A stretch of DNA of 64,000 nt from an uncultured Chloroflexia bacterium (GTDB lineage Bacteria > Chloroflexota > Limnocylindria > Limnocylindrales > CSP1-4). Positions 22,821 through 31,082 of this stretch are shown here, in pieces. The position numbers and the translations under genes were made by a program. The stretch spans positions 160,001 through 224,000 of the forward strand of contig CAWEYL010000003.1 in assembly GCA_963813335.1 (NCBI GenBank), given 5' to 3'. The notes below the pieces were generated by a model. The model was not told the origin of the DNA, made no database searches, and worked only from the letters and a program-made list of their open reading frames with translations. Each line of letters begins with the position of its first letter. The first letter of the stretch is position 1.

Positions 22821-23370
22821 GGCCGTCGAGGATCGTCGCGACGCCGCTGGCGTACGCCTCGTCGAGCGTGCCGCCCAGTCGGAAGGCGCCCGCCAGTTCC
22901 ATGCTCACGAACCCGTGCGCCCACGCCACGAATGTCCGCGCGGCCGAAAGGGCGTCATCGGGCCCCACGAGGACGGTCATCGCGTCGACGATCGGACGTG
23001 CCAGCTCGGCGAGGGCGTCGGGATCGGGCTGGAGGTCGGGCGAGAGGTGGGCGAAGAGGAGCCCGTAGCCGTTCGGGTTCGCGAGCACGAATCCGCGGTA
23101 GGCGTGGGCCGTCGCGGTGACGTCCGCGCGCGGGTCCCCGCTCGACACGGCCAGGGAGAGCCGGCGAGCCAGGTCGGCGGTGACCGCGTCGCCGACCGCG
23201 CGGATCAGGGCGGCGCGGTTCGGCACGTGCTTGTAGAGGGACGGGCCGCGGATCCCGACGCGCTCGGCGACGCGGCTCATGACGACGGCGTCGAGGCCGT
23301 CCTCCTCGAGGATCGAGCGTGCCGCGGACAGGATCGCGTCACGCGACGTCCGGGCCGGTGCTGGGCTCAT
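22789..23370 (-). CDS. TetR/AcrR-family regulator (WHG-type C-terminal domain)
   Basis: ILSAARSILEEDG...VAERVGIRGPSLYKH HTH; WAHGFVSMELAG. Confidence 0.92.
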   Translation of the reverse strand: MSPAPARTSRDAILSAARSILEEDGLDAVVMSRVAERVGIRGPSLYKHVPNRAALIRAVGDAVTADLARRLSLAVSSGDPRADVTATAHAYRGFVLANPNGYGLLFAHLSPDLQPDPDALAELARPIVDAMTVLVGPDDALSAARTFVAWAHGFVSMELAGAFRLGGTLDEAYASGVATILDGLSARGRRPAG

Positions 23371-23383
23371 GGCCGCGAGTATA

Positions 23384-23422
23384 GCCTATTGACATTAGCC
23401 ATCAAGGCTATATAGTGTAGCC
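23384..23422. promoter_or_regulatory. Twin TetR operators embedding a sigma70 promoter
   Basis: GCCTA-ttgacat-TAGCC (23384-23400) and GGCTA-tatagtg-TAGCC (23406-23422). The -35 TTGACA and -10 TATAGT each sit in a box spacer. Confidence 0.75.
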
Positions 23423-23466
23423 ATCGAGCGCGAGGAGCGCGCTCTCAGCTGCCGGAGAAGATCGAG

Positions 23467-23910
23467 ATGACCGCACCCATGACGACGACCCAGACCGCCG
23501 GCCCGGCGCAGGCAAGCGCCTCGGCGAACGTTTCGACCCAGCTGGCCTGGATCCGGCCGTGGCTCCGGCTCGAGGGGGTCGCCGTGCTGGCCGCCGGGCT
23601 GGCGGGCTTCCTGGCCCTCGGGCTTCCGTGGTACCTCTTCGCCGTCTTGCTGCTGGTGCCGGACGTCTCGGCGATCGGCTACCTGCGCGGGCCGCGCATC
23701 GGGGCGATCGTCTACAACGTCGCCCACGACCTGGCCAGCGGGGCGGCGGTCGCTGGCATCGGGCTGGCCACCGGGAGCGTGCCGGTGATGGCCATCGGGG
23801 CGGTCCTGGTGGCGCACTCCGGCATGGACCGGGCGGCCGGCTACGGGCTGAAGCTGCCGACCTCGTTCCAGGACACGCACCTCGGCCGCATCGGCCGGCG
23901 CTCGGCGTAG
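23467..23910 (+). CDS. DUF4260-family membrane protein
   Basis: WLRLEG, LLLVPDVSAIGYLRGPRIGA.VYN..H, AHSGMDRAAGYGLK....FQDTHLG. Confidence 0.85.
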   Translation: MTAPMTTTQTAGPAQASASANVSTQLAWIRPWLRLEGVAVLAAGLAGFLALGLPWYLFAVLLLVPDVSAIGYLRGPRIGAIVYNVAHDLASGAAVAGIGLATGSVPVMAIGAVLVAHSGMDRAAGYGLKLPTSFQDTHLGRIGRRSA

Positions 23911-23911
23911 C

Positions 23912-24160
23912 TCAGTCGTACAGGCGCTCGAGGTGCCACGTGCCCGCGACGCGGTCGAGGTAGACGAGGGCGAGCCAGCGCTCGCCGACCACCTTCACGT
24001 AGTCGCGGGCGATCGGGTCGCGCCACCAGGCCTCCTCCACCCGCCAGCGGTTGCAGACCTCGACCGCCTCACGCCGGCCGTTCCAGCTGATGGCCGTGAG
24101 GCGGCCGTCGGGATCCAGCTCGACCTCGATGCGCGGATGCTCGCGCAGCAGCCGGCTCAC
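23912..24160 (-). CDS. Small ImuB-C/DUF6504-like protein, 82 aa
   Basis: GTGA overlap with imuB stop; WRVEEAWW...ARDYVKV...W.LERLYD resembles the C-terminal domain of full-length ImuB. Confidence 0.8.
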   Translation of the reverse strand: MSRLLREHPRIEVELDPDGRLTAISWNGRREAVEVCNRWRVEEAWWRDPIARDYVKVVGERWLALVYLDRVAGTWHLERLYD

Positions 24161-25434
24161 GGGACGGCCTCGCCGTCCAGTGCGACCCCCTGCCACGACC
24201 AGCGGTCCTCGGGGAGCGGCGCCTCGGGGTCGGCGATGGCGACCCGCCGGACGCGGTCCTCCCCGTAGGTCAGCGCGAGCCGCGCCAGCTGCCAGCCCAG
24301 CCGGGCCGTCCGCGCGGCCTGCGGCACGAACAACGGGAGCTGCTGCCCGGCGGCCGGGGTCGTGCCCCGCAGCTCGAGGTCCAGGCGCGCGACGGCGGCC
24401 GGCGGCGGCTCGCGTTCCAGGCGTGCGAACAGGAGGCGCTCGATCGCCTCGGGGTCCGCGGTGGGCTCCGGGAAGCGCTGCTCGACCTCGATCCGCGGCG
24501 CGGTCCCGGCCGCAGCGAACGCCAGGTCCAGCTCGAGCGTCAGCGTCGCGCGGTCCGCGGCGAGCCCCCGGCCCGTGAGCTGCGCGGTGAGGGCCGCCAC
24601 GAGCCGGTGCAGGACGAAGCGGAGCGGCTCGAGGTCCTCGACCGGCGGCTCGATGGGCAGTGCGAGGGCGAGCCGCTCGGGGGCGCGACGGGCACGGAAC
24701 GGGTCGGTCTCCTCCCCGCTCGCCCGCGCATGCAGCCTCGCCCCCTCGTCGCCGAACCGGGCGATCAACGCGCTCCGCGGCACGTCGGCCACGGCGCCGA
24801 TCCGGCGCAATCCGAACCTCGCGAGCCTGGCGCGGATGTCTGGGTCGGTGGTCAGCAGGCCTGACGGGCGATCGGCGAGGAACGCGGCGTCGTCGCCGGA
24901 CGGGACGATGACCGGGGCGTCGGGGCGGGCCGTGACCGCCGCGATGGTGGCCGCGAAATGCGTGCCGGCGATGCCGACCCGGAGCGGCGGGCCGGGCGCC
25001 GGCCACTCCCCGGGGAGCGCGCCACGGACCGCGGAACCGGCACGCTCGACGAGGACGGGCTCGGGACCCCACAACGGCCCCAGCCCATCGATGCCGAGCT
25101 CGAACTGGCCGAACGCCGCGTCCGTGGGGTCGCCGCTCCCCGCCAGGCTCGGGCTGAGCCGCCCGAGCGCCTCGAAGACGGCCTCGACCGCCTCCCGGTC
25201 CGCGTCGAGGTCGGGCTCGAGGAACGTCGCCTCAGGGGCGAGCCGGTGCGCGCTCCCCAGCGGCTGCCCGCGCCGGACGCCGAGCGCCCTCGCGTCCGGG
25301 CTCGCGTCGATGACCGGACCCGGGTCCCATGGCCGGCCGCCCAGCACGAGCGGGCCGGTCGGGAAGGGCTCGGATCGGCGGGCCCGTGCCAGGCCCAGGG
25401 GGAGATGCGGCACGAAGAGGTGGAGACGTCGCAT
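24157..25434 (-). CDS. imuB: Catalytically inactive Y-family polymerase ImuB
   Basis: VIDASPDARALGVRRGQPL, RLARFGLRRIGAV...ARFG; QQLPLF clamp motif; catalytic acidic residues not evident. Confidence 0.88.
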   Translation of the reverse strand: MRRLHLFVPHLPLGLARARRSEPFPTGPLVLGGRPWDPGPVIDASPDARALGVRRGQPLGSAHRLAPEATFLEPDLDADREAVEAVFEALGRLSPSLAGSGDPTDAAFGQFELGIDGLGPLWGPEPVLVERAGSAVRGALPGEWPAPGPPLRVGIAGTHFAATIAAVTARPDAPVIVPSGDDAAFLADRPSGLLTTDPDIRARLARFGLRRIGAVADVPRSALIARFGDEGARLHARASGEETDPFRARRAPERLALALPIEPPVEDLEPLRFVLHRLVAALTAQLTGRGLAADRATLTLELDLAFAAAGTAPRIEVEQRFPEPTADPEAIERLLFARLEREPPPAAVARLDLELRGTTPAAGQQLPLFVPQAARTARLGWQLARLALTYGEDRVRRVAIADPEAPLPEDRWSWQGVALDGEAVP

Positions 25435-26338
25435 GGTCGTGGTCTCGCGATCGGGGGGCCTCTGGTACGGGGGCTGGACGGTGGAGCGCGGGGGCCTGGT
25501 CGAGCAGCAGGGCGTCGCGGGCGAGACACGCGTCCCGCTCGCCGCCCTCGGCGTAGAGGATGCGGAGCGTCGCCGTGCGCCCCGGCGGGCCGTGGCGGTT
25601 GTGCGCGACGAGTGCCTCGGTGCGCTGGCCGACCACGTCGCGGCCCAGGCGGACCCACGACCGGCGGGCCAGCTCGAGCCGGATCCCGGTCGACTGGTCG
25701 ACCGCGGTCGCCAGGCCACCGGCGAGACCGGGCGCATCGAGGATCAGCAGCAGGATCTCCGCACGCCGGGCGAGCGCGGCGAGCCGGTGGAGCCGGTCGG
25801 CGATCCGGCCCGGCTTGTCGGTCCTGGCCAGGCGGCCGCCGGGCAGGTCGAGGACGAGCAGGTCGACCGAGCGGCCGGCCAGCAGCGAGCCCGCGATGCG
25901 CAGGCCCTCGTCGAGGCTGGCCGGGGTGATGACGACCAGCCATTCGAGCCGGACGCCGCGGGCGGCCGCCTCGACCGGGTCGAAGCTGCGCGACAGGTCC
26001 AGCCAGGCCACGACCGAGCCCTCCGACTGGGCCTCCGCGGCGACCCGCAGCGCGACGGTGGTCCGGCCGCTCGAGCCGTCGCCGCGGATGGCGACGCTGG
26101 CCGAGGTGGGGAGGCCGCCCGGGCCGAGGATCGCGTCGAGCGCGGCGAACCCGGTGTGGATGACCCGTTGGCTCGGGAGCGGCGCCAGGGCCGGCTCGGG
26201 CGCCACGGCCAGGGCGCCATCCGTGGCCAGGGCGAGCGCCCCGTCGGTGGCCGCGAGGGCCCGCCTCGGAGCTGCGGCACCCCAGCGAGCCTGGAGGCCC
26301 GCGAGCGCGGTGTCCACATCTCCACGGGGGGTCGTCAT
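25232..26338 (-). CDS. imuA: RecA-like ImuA' protein
   Basis: HTGFAALDAILGPGGLP, degenerate Walker A GDGSSGRTT, VAWLD...FDP..AAARGV, VDLLVLD. The tail runs about 200 nt into imuB. Confidence 0.85.
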   Translation of the reverse strand: MTTPRGDVDTALAGLQARWGAAAPRRALAATDGALALATDGALAVAPEPALAPLPSQRVIHTGFAALDAILGPGGLPTSASVAIRGDGSSGRTTVALRVAAEAQSEGSVVAWLDLSRSFDPVEAAARGVRLEWLVVITPASLDEGLRIAGSLLAGRSVDLLVLDLPGGRLARTDKPGRIADRLHRLAALARRAEILLLILDAPGLAGGLATAVDQSTGIRLELARRSWVRLGRDVVGQRTEALVAHNRHGPPGRTATLRILYAEGGERDACLARDALLLDQAPALHRPAPVPEAPRSRDHDHATSPPLRAASPPGPGTGPPIRALPDRPARAGRPAMGPGSGHRREPGREGARRPARAAAGERAPARP

Positions 26339-26351
26339 CGGACGTCGATAC

Positions 26352-26367
26352 TAGAACATCTGTTCTA
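26352..26367. promoter_or_regulatory. LexA (SOS) box in the imuA promoter spacer
   Basis: TAGAAC-atct-GTTCTA between minus-strand TTGATG (-35) and TAGTAT (-10), 17-nt spacing, 9 nt before ATG. Confidence 0.9.
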
Positions 26368-26391
26368 TCTCATCAACCCCTGTCGTCGCCT

Positions 26392-26632
26392 GGATATGCA
26401 CGATGTCCGGCCAGGAGTCGCATCCAAATCTCGATGCACCTCGGATGCATATCGCGGGTGGCTCGAGCCGCAGTCTGCCGGAGTCGGTCGCCGGAGCCAG
26501 GGTGGCCGGGGCCCGCGGGTGGCTCGAGCGGCGGTGGCGATCTCGTATCGGCCACGCATCGGGCTCCATATGCAGCCGAGGTGCATACCGATCCGGGAAC
26601 ACACCCCCCTCCGCGAATCGTGCATATGTCCG
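26392..26632. repeat. Long nested palindromic intergenic element C
   Basis: ATATGCACGAT (26394-26404) pairs with ATCGTGCATAT (26617-26627); ATGCACCTCGGATGCATAT (26434-26452) pairs with ATATGCAGCCGAGGTGCAT (26568-26586). Internal direct repeat CGCGGGTGGCTCGAGC. Confidence 0.75.
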
Positions 26633-26648
26633 CAGGAGGGCCGGACGG

Positions 26649-26714
26649 GCGCCGCGCCAGGCGGGCGCCGCGCCGGGCGAGCGCCCGCGCCGGGCGAGCG
26701 CCCGCGCCGGGCGG
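26649..26714. repeat. GC-rich 16-17 bp tandem repeat, 4 copies
   Basis: GCGCC(C)GCGCCrGGCGr units in tandem. Confidence 0.65.
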
Positions 26715-26792
26715 GTGCCGATCGGGCGGACGCCGACCGCGTCACAGCCCGGTCACGCGAAGCGCCTAGCGTCAGCGCCTACCATGCTGCCG

Positions 26793-27536
26793 ATGCCCGC
26801 CACGACCACCGAGCCGCGCCCCGAACGCCCGATCCTCGTCGTCGACGACGACGCCAAGATCGTCCGGCTCGTGCGTACCTACCTGGAGCGCGAGGGCTAC
26901 GCGGTCGTCGCGGCCGCGGACGGCCCGGCCGCGCTCGATGCCATCGAGACCCACCGACCCGCCCTGGTCGTGCTCGACCTGATGCTCCCCGAGCTGGACG
27001 GACGGGCCGTCATCCGCGCGGTCCGGCGCGACGACGAGGCGGCCGCGACGCCGATCATCATCCTCTCGGCACGGGGCTCCACCATCGACCGGATCGCCGG
27101 CCTCGAGGACGGCGCCGACGACTACCTCCCCAAGCCCTTCTCCCCCGCCGAGCTGGTCCTCCGGGTGAAGTCGATCCTGCGCCGCGCGGCGCCGGCCGAC
27201 GCCACCGCTACGACGCGCCCGCCACTGGTCCACGCCGACCTCACGCTCGACCGCGACCGCTACGAGGTGACCCGCGACGGCGAGCCGATCCCGCTGACCC
27301 GCGTGGAGTTCCGGCTGCTCGAGGCCATCCTCGCCGCAGACGGCCGCGTCCTCACCCGCGACCAGCTCCTCGACTCGGTCTACGGCGACGACGGCGCCGA
27401 GATCCTGGACCGGACCATCGATGTCCACGTCGGCCGCCTCCGCGACAAGCTCGGCGACGACGCCGACCGGCCGCGCTACGTCGCCACGGTCCGCGGCGTC
27501 GGCTACCGCGCGGCCCGCACCGGTCCGGGCGCCTAG
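26793..27536 (+). CDS. OmpR/PhoB-family response regulator
   Basis: ILVVDDD, LVVLDLMLP, GADDYLPKPF, LTRVEFRLL, RTIDVHVGRLRDKL, TVRGVGY. Confidence 0.95.
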   Translation: MPATTTEPRPERPILVVDDDAKIVRLVRTYLEREGYAVVAAADGPAALDAIETHRPALVVLDLMLPELDGRAVIRAVRRDDEAAATPIIILSARGSTIDRIAGLEDGADDYLPKPFSPAELVLRVKSILRRAAPADATATTRPPLVHADLTLDRDRYEVTRDGEPIPLTRVEFRLLEAILAADGRVLTRDQLLDSVYGDDGAEILDRTIDVHVGRLRDKLGDDADRPRYVATVRGVGYRAARTGPGA

Positions 27537-27539
27537 CCG

Positions 27540-28598
27540 ATGGGTCGCGGGATCGCGGTCCGGATCGCCCTCGCGGCCCTGGCCTCGGCCGCGGTCGGCC
27601 TCGCGATCCTCGCCATCGGCGTCACCGTGGTCGGGGCGGACATCTTCACGACGCTCATGGTCGAGGCCGGCGAGCCCGCCGACCACGCCCGGTCGATGTA
27701 CGACCAGTCCGTCACGGTCGTCGTGATCGCCGCCGTCGGGGTCGCCGCGACCGCCAGCATCCTCCTCGCGGTCCTCCTCGCCCGGATGCTGGCGCGGCCG
27801 CTCGCGGAGGTCGGCACCGCCGCCCGTCGGGTCGCCGAGGGCGACTACGCCGCGCGCGTCCCGCGCGAAGGGCCGGACGAGCTGGTCAGCCTCGCCGATT
27901 CGTTCAACCAGATGGCGGCCAGCCTCGAGCGCCAGGAAGCGATGCGGCGCGACTTCATCGCGAACGCCGCCCACGAGCTGCGCACGCCCCTGACCAACCT
28001 GCAGGGCTACCTCGAGGCGCTGCGCGACGGGGTCATCACCCCGGACCGCGCGACCTACGAGTCCCTGTGGGACGAGGCGGAGCGGCTGGTCCGGCTCTCG
28101 CGGTCGCTCGATTCGCTGGCCGAAGGCGACGCCGCCGGGCCACCGACCCTCGTCGAGCTCGACCTCGCGGCGGCGATCCGCGGCGCGCTCGACCTGGCCC
28201 TGCCGGGGCTGGAGCGGGCCGGACTGACGGTGCTCGTCGACGTCCCGGAGCACCTGCCGGCGCGGGCGAACGCGGACCAGCTGGCCCAGGTGCTCGCGAA
28301 CCTGCTCTCCAACGCGGCCCGCTACACGCCGTCGGGCGGCACGGTGACGGTCCGGGCCGAGCGCCGCCCGGCCGACCTCCTGGTCTCGATCGAGAACAGC
28401 GGCGAGGGGATCCCGGCCGACGACCTCGACCGCGTCTTCGAGCGCTTCTACCGGGTCGAGAAGTCGCGCGACCGCGAGCGCGGCGGGGCCGGCATCGGGC
28501 TGGCGATCGTCAAGCAGCTCGTCGAGTCCGCTGGCGGGAAGGTCGGCGCCGAATCGGCCGCCGGCCGGACGCGGTTCTGGTTCAGCCTGCCGGCCTGA
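27540..28598 (+). CDS. HAMP sensor histidine kinase (BaeS-like)
   Basis: Two TM segments, HAMP, AHELRTPL, NLLSNA, FERFYR..KSR, GAGIGLAI. Confidence 0.95.
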   Translation: MGRGIAVRIALAALASAAVGLAILAIGVTVVGADIFTTLMVEAGEPADHARSMYDQSVTVVVIAAVGVAATASILLAVLLARMLARPLAEVGTAARRVAEGDYAARVPREGPDELVSLADSFNQMAASLERQEAMRRDFIANAAHELRTPLTNLQGYLEALRDGVITPDRATYESLWDEAERLVRLSRSLDSLAEGDAAGPPTLVELDLAAAIRGALDLALPGLERAGLTVLVDVPEHLPARANADQLAQVLANLLSNAARYTPSGGTVTVRAERRPADLLVSIENSGEGIPADDLDRVFERFYRVEKSRDRERGGAGIGLAIVKQLVESAGGKVGAESAAGRTRFWFSLPA

Positions 28599-28710
28599 CG
28601 CAGCGCGTCGCGGAATCCCGCCCCGTTCACCTCGCGGCGGCGGGCGGCTTCGAGTTCCCAGGCGGTCATCGGCTCCATTCGGCAATCTCCACGTGGCGTC
28701 GGACAGGACG

Positions 28711-28793
28711 CTTGATGTCAAGTCTCTTGATATCGAACGACCACGTTACCCTAGCGCGAGAGATATCTTGATGTCAAGAGACTTGATATCGAC
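28711..28793. promoter_or_regulatory. Four MarR-type palindromic boxes in two tandem pairs
   Basis: CTTGATGTCAAG-N3-CTTGATATCGA at 28711-28736 and again at 28767-28792. Confidence 0.75.
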
Positions 28794-28833
28794 CTTCTTG
28801 ACGTGGAGTGAGGGCCAGCCGATACTCCCGGCG

Positions 28834-29370
28834 ATGGATGCCACCGACGCCCTCGACGAGCTCGACGCCCAGCTCGAGGTCTGGGCGCGCGAGATCCCCG
28901 ACCTCGAGCCCGTGACCGAAGGCATCGTCGAGCGCATCCAGACGCTGGCCAAGGCGTTCGACCGCTCGCTCGACGAGACCCTCGCGGAATCCGGGCTCAA
29001 CCGGCACACGTTCCACGTCCTCGGCAAGCTCCGCCAGGTCGGCCCGCCCTACCAGCGCTCCGCGGGCGCGCTCGCGGCGCGGATGCGCCTCTCGAGCGGC
29101 GCGATGACCAATCGCCTCGACCGGATGGAGGCGGCCGGCCTCATCCGCCGGCTGCCCGACCCGCACGACCGGCGCGGCACGCTCGTCGAGCCGACCCAGG
29201 CCGGCCACGACATCTGGGACCGCACCGTCGGCACCCAGGCGCAGCGGGAAGCGAAGATCGCGTCCGTCATCGACGCGTCCGAGCGGGCGGAGCTGCATCG
29301 GCTGCTCCGCTGCCTGATGCGGGCGTTCCCGGGCAAGGGGCACGCCGTGGAGCCGCCCGCCGACGACTGA
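28834..29370 (+). CDS. MarR-family regulator (PecS/TamR/UrtR-like)
   Basis: ..VWAREIPDL.., LSSGAMTNRLDRME.AGLIRR.PDPHDRRG. ATG lies 7 nt after GATACT. Confidence 0.92.
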   Translation: MDATDALDELDAQLEVWAREIPDLEPVTEGIVERIQTLAKAFDRSLDETLAESGLNRHTFHVLGKLRQVGPPYQRSAGALAARMRLSSGAMTNRLDRMEAAGLIRRLPDPHDRRGTLVEPTQAGHDIWDRTVGTQAQREAKIASVIDASERAELHRLLRCLMRAFPGKGHAVEPPADD

Positions 29371-30271
29371 TCAGGCCGGCGCCGGCAGGCCGATCGCGAT
29401 CATCCCGACGAGGATCCCGCCGAGGCCGACCCACTGGACCGGCTTGAGCCGCTCACCGAGGAACGCCACGGCCGCGATGATCGTGACCGCCGGACCGAAC
29501 GAGGAGGCGAGCCCGACCATCCAGGTCGGCGCGGTCTCCAGGCCGAGCACGAAGAAGACGAGGCCGAGCACGTCCAGGGTGCCCGCCGCGATGACGCCGA
29601 GGACGACGGTCCGCCTCGACCACGGCGGGCCGTCGGTGGGGAGCGCGGCCGCGCGACGACCGGCTCGCGCCAGGACCACCAGGATCCCGATCGACAGCAG
29701 GGCGTTGAACCCGCGGGCCATGATCAGGAGCGGCAGCCAGTCGATGGTCTCGAGCGCGATGTCGGTGACGATCGACATGGTGCTGAAGAGGACCAGCGCG
29801 ATCACGGCGAAGACCACCCCGGGACCCGCGAACCGGGTGCCGCGCAGGCCGCCGTCGAACGCGACCCCGGTCAGGATCACCCCGACCGTCGCGACGGCCG
29901 CGCCGAACGCCTGGACGGTCGTCAGGGTCTCGCCGCGGATGGACGACGGCGAGGACGACAGTGAGGCCGCCGTACGCGGCGACCATGCCGCTGACCACCG
30001 AGATCGGCCCGATCTGCAGGCCGGTGAAGTACGACAGGTAGGCGCCGGCGCCGATGAGCCCGAGCACCGCCGCGACCGCGACCGAGGGCGCGTCGAGCGG
30101 GAGGACCGCACCGGTCAGCAGTCCCAGGGCCGCGAACTCGACGGCGCTCACGATCTGCAGCCCGGCCGTCACCCGCAGGCTGCCGATGACCCGGCTGGCG
30201 AGGGCCGTGATGACGTCGAGGGTGCCCCAGGCAAGAGCGGCGCCGAAGCCGGCGAGCAGGCCGAAGGGCAT
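29371..30271 (-). CDS. EamA/DMT transporter with apparent +1 frameshift near 29941
   Basis: N-half in ORF 29453-30271 (GPISVVSG), C-half in ORF 29371-30111 (FLGERLKPVQWVG). Removing one G at 29941-29942 restores ...VVIRGETL. Sequencing error or recent pseudogene. Confidence 0.82.
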
Positions 30272-30406
30272 CGGCGGAGCCTAGCCGGGGCGCCGGCCGC
30301 GAGGGAGCCGGTTGCGCCCACCGCGTCCGCCGGCCGGGCCGGTCCGCGGGGGGTCGCGTGCTACACTCTGCCACCGTCCGGACGCCTCGCGCGACCGACG
30401 TCCCGT

Positions 30407-30482
30407 GGGGATGTAGCTCAGCTGGAAGAGCACCGCGTTCGCATCGCGGGGGTCAGGGGTTCGAGTCCCCTCATCTCCACCA
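30407..30482 (+). tRNA. tRNA-Ala(CGC)
   Basis: 76-nt cloverleaf GGGGATG...TCTCCACCA with G3:U70, anticodon loop TT-CGC-AT, GTTCGA T-loop; TGCTACACT extended -10 upstream. Confidence 0.97.
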
Positions 30483-30517
30483 CCTCCCCACACCTGCTCG
30501 GGTATGAGGCGCGCCGC

Positions 30518-31036
30518 GTGCGGATCCTCCTGGTCGGCCTGATGGGCAGCGGCAAGTCGACGGTCGGACGGCGCCTGTCGGCACGGACCGGGTGGCCGTA
30601 CCTCGACAACGACCAGCTGGTCGCCGAGGTCGACGGCCGGACCGCCCCGGAGATCATCGAAGCCGAGGGCGAGGCGGCGCTGCATACCGTGGAGGCCGAG
30701 GCTTTCGAGCTGGCCCTGACCAGGCCCATGCCCGTGATCATCGGGCTGGCCGGCTGGCTCGTGACCGACGAGGCGCGGCGGGCGCGCATCCGCGACGCGG
30801 GGACCGTGGTCTGGCTGCGGGCCGACCCGGCGATCCTCCTCCTGCGGGCCGGGTCGGGACGCGGCCGTCGGCCCGAGGCCCTCGCAGCCGACTGGATCGA
30901 GCGGACCGCCGCGGAGCGCGCGCCGATGTTCGAGGACGTGGCGGACTTCGTGATCGACGTCGACAAGCTCGCACCGAACAAGGTCGTCGAGCGGATCCTG
31001 GCGGCCGTCCCGTCCGCCCTCGATGAGCGCGGGTGA
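30518..31036 (+). CDS. aroK: Shikimate kinase-like P-loop kinase
   Basis: ILLVGLMGSGKSTVGRRL, YLDND, VVWLRAD, ERAPMFEDVAD. Some shikimate-binding motifs look divergent. Confidence 0.72.
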   Translation: MRILLVGLMGSGKSTVGRRLSARTGWPYLDNDQLVAEVDGRTAPEIIEAEGEAALHTVEAEAFELALTRPMPVIIGLAGWLVTDEARRARIRDAGTVVWLRADPAILLLRAGSGRGRRPEALAADWIERTAAERAPMFEDVADFVIDVDKLAPNKVVERILAAVPSALDERG

Positions 31037-31082
31037 AGTCCCAGATACGCGGCAGATAAGAGCGCCACGTCACGATGCCGGC

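Noticed and set aside
25232-26338. Canonical recA
   Set aside because: Walker A Lys replaced (GRTT), RecA signature motifs missing, and context is imuB.
24362-28771. 1469-aa plus-strand ORF and similar long R/P/G-rich ORFs (e.g. 11940-15902, 36-1196)
   Set aside because: Shadow frames of real genes in very GC-rich DNA; no recognisable domains apart from the real gene at 15207-15902.
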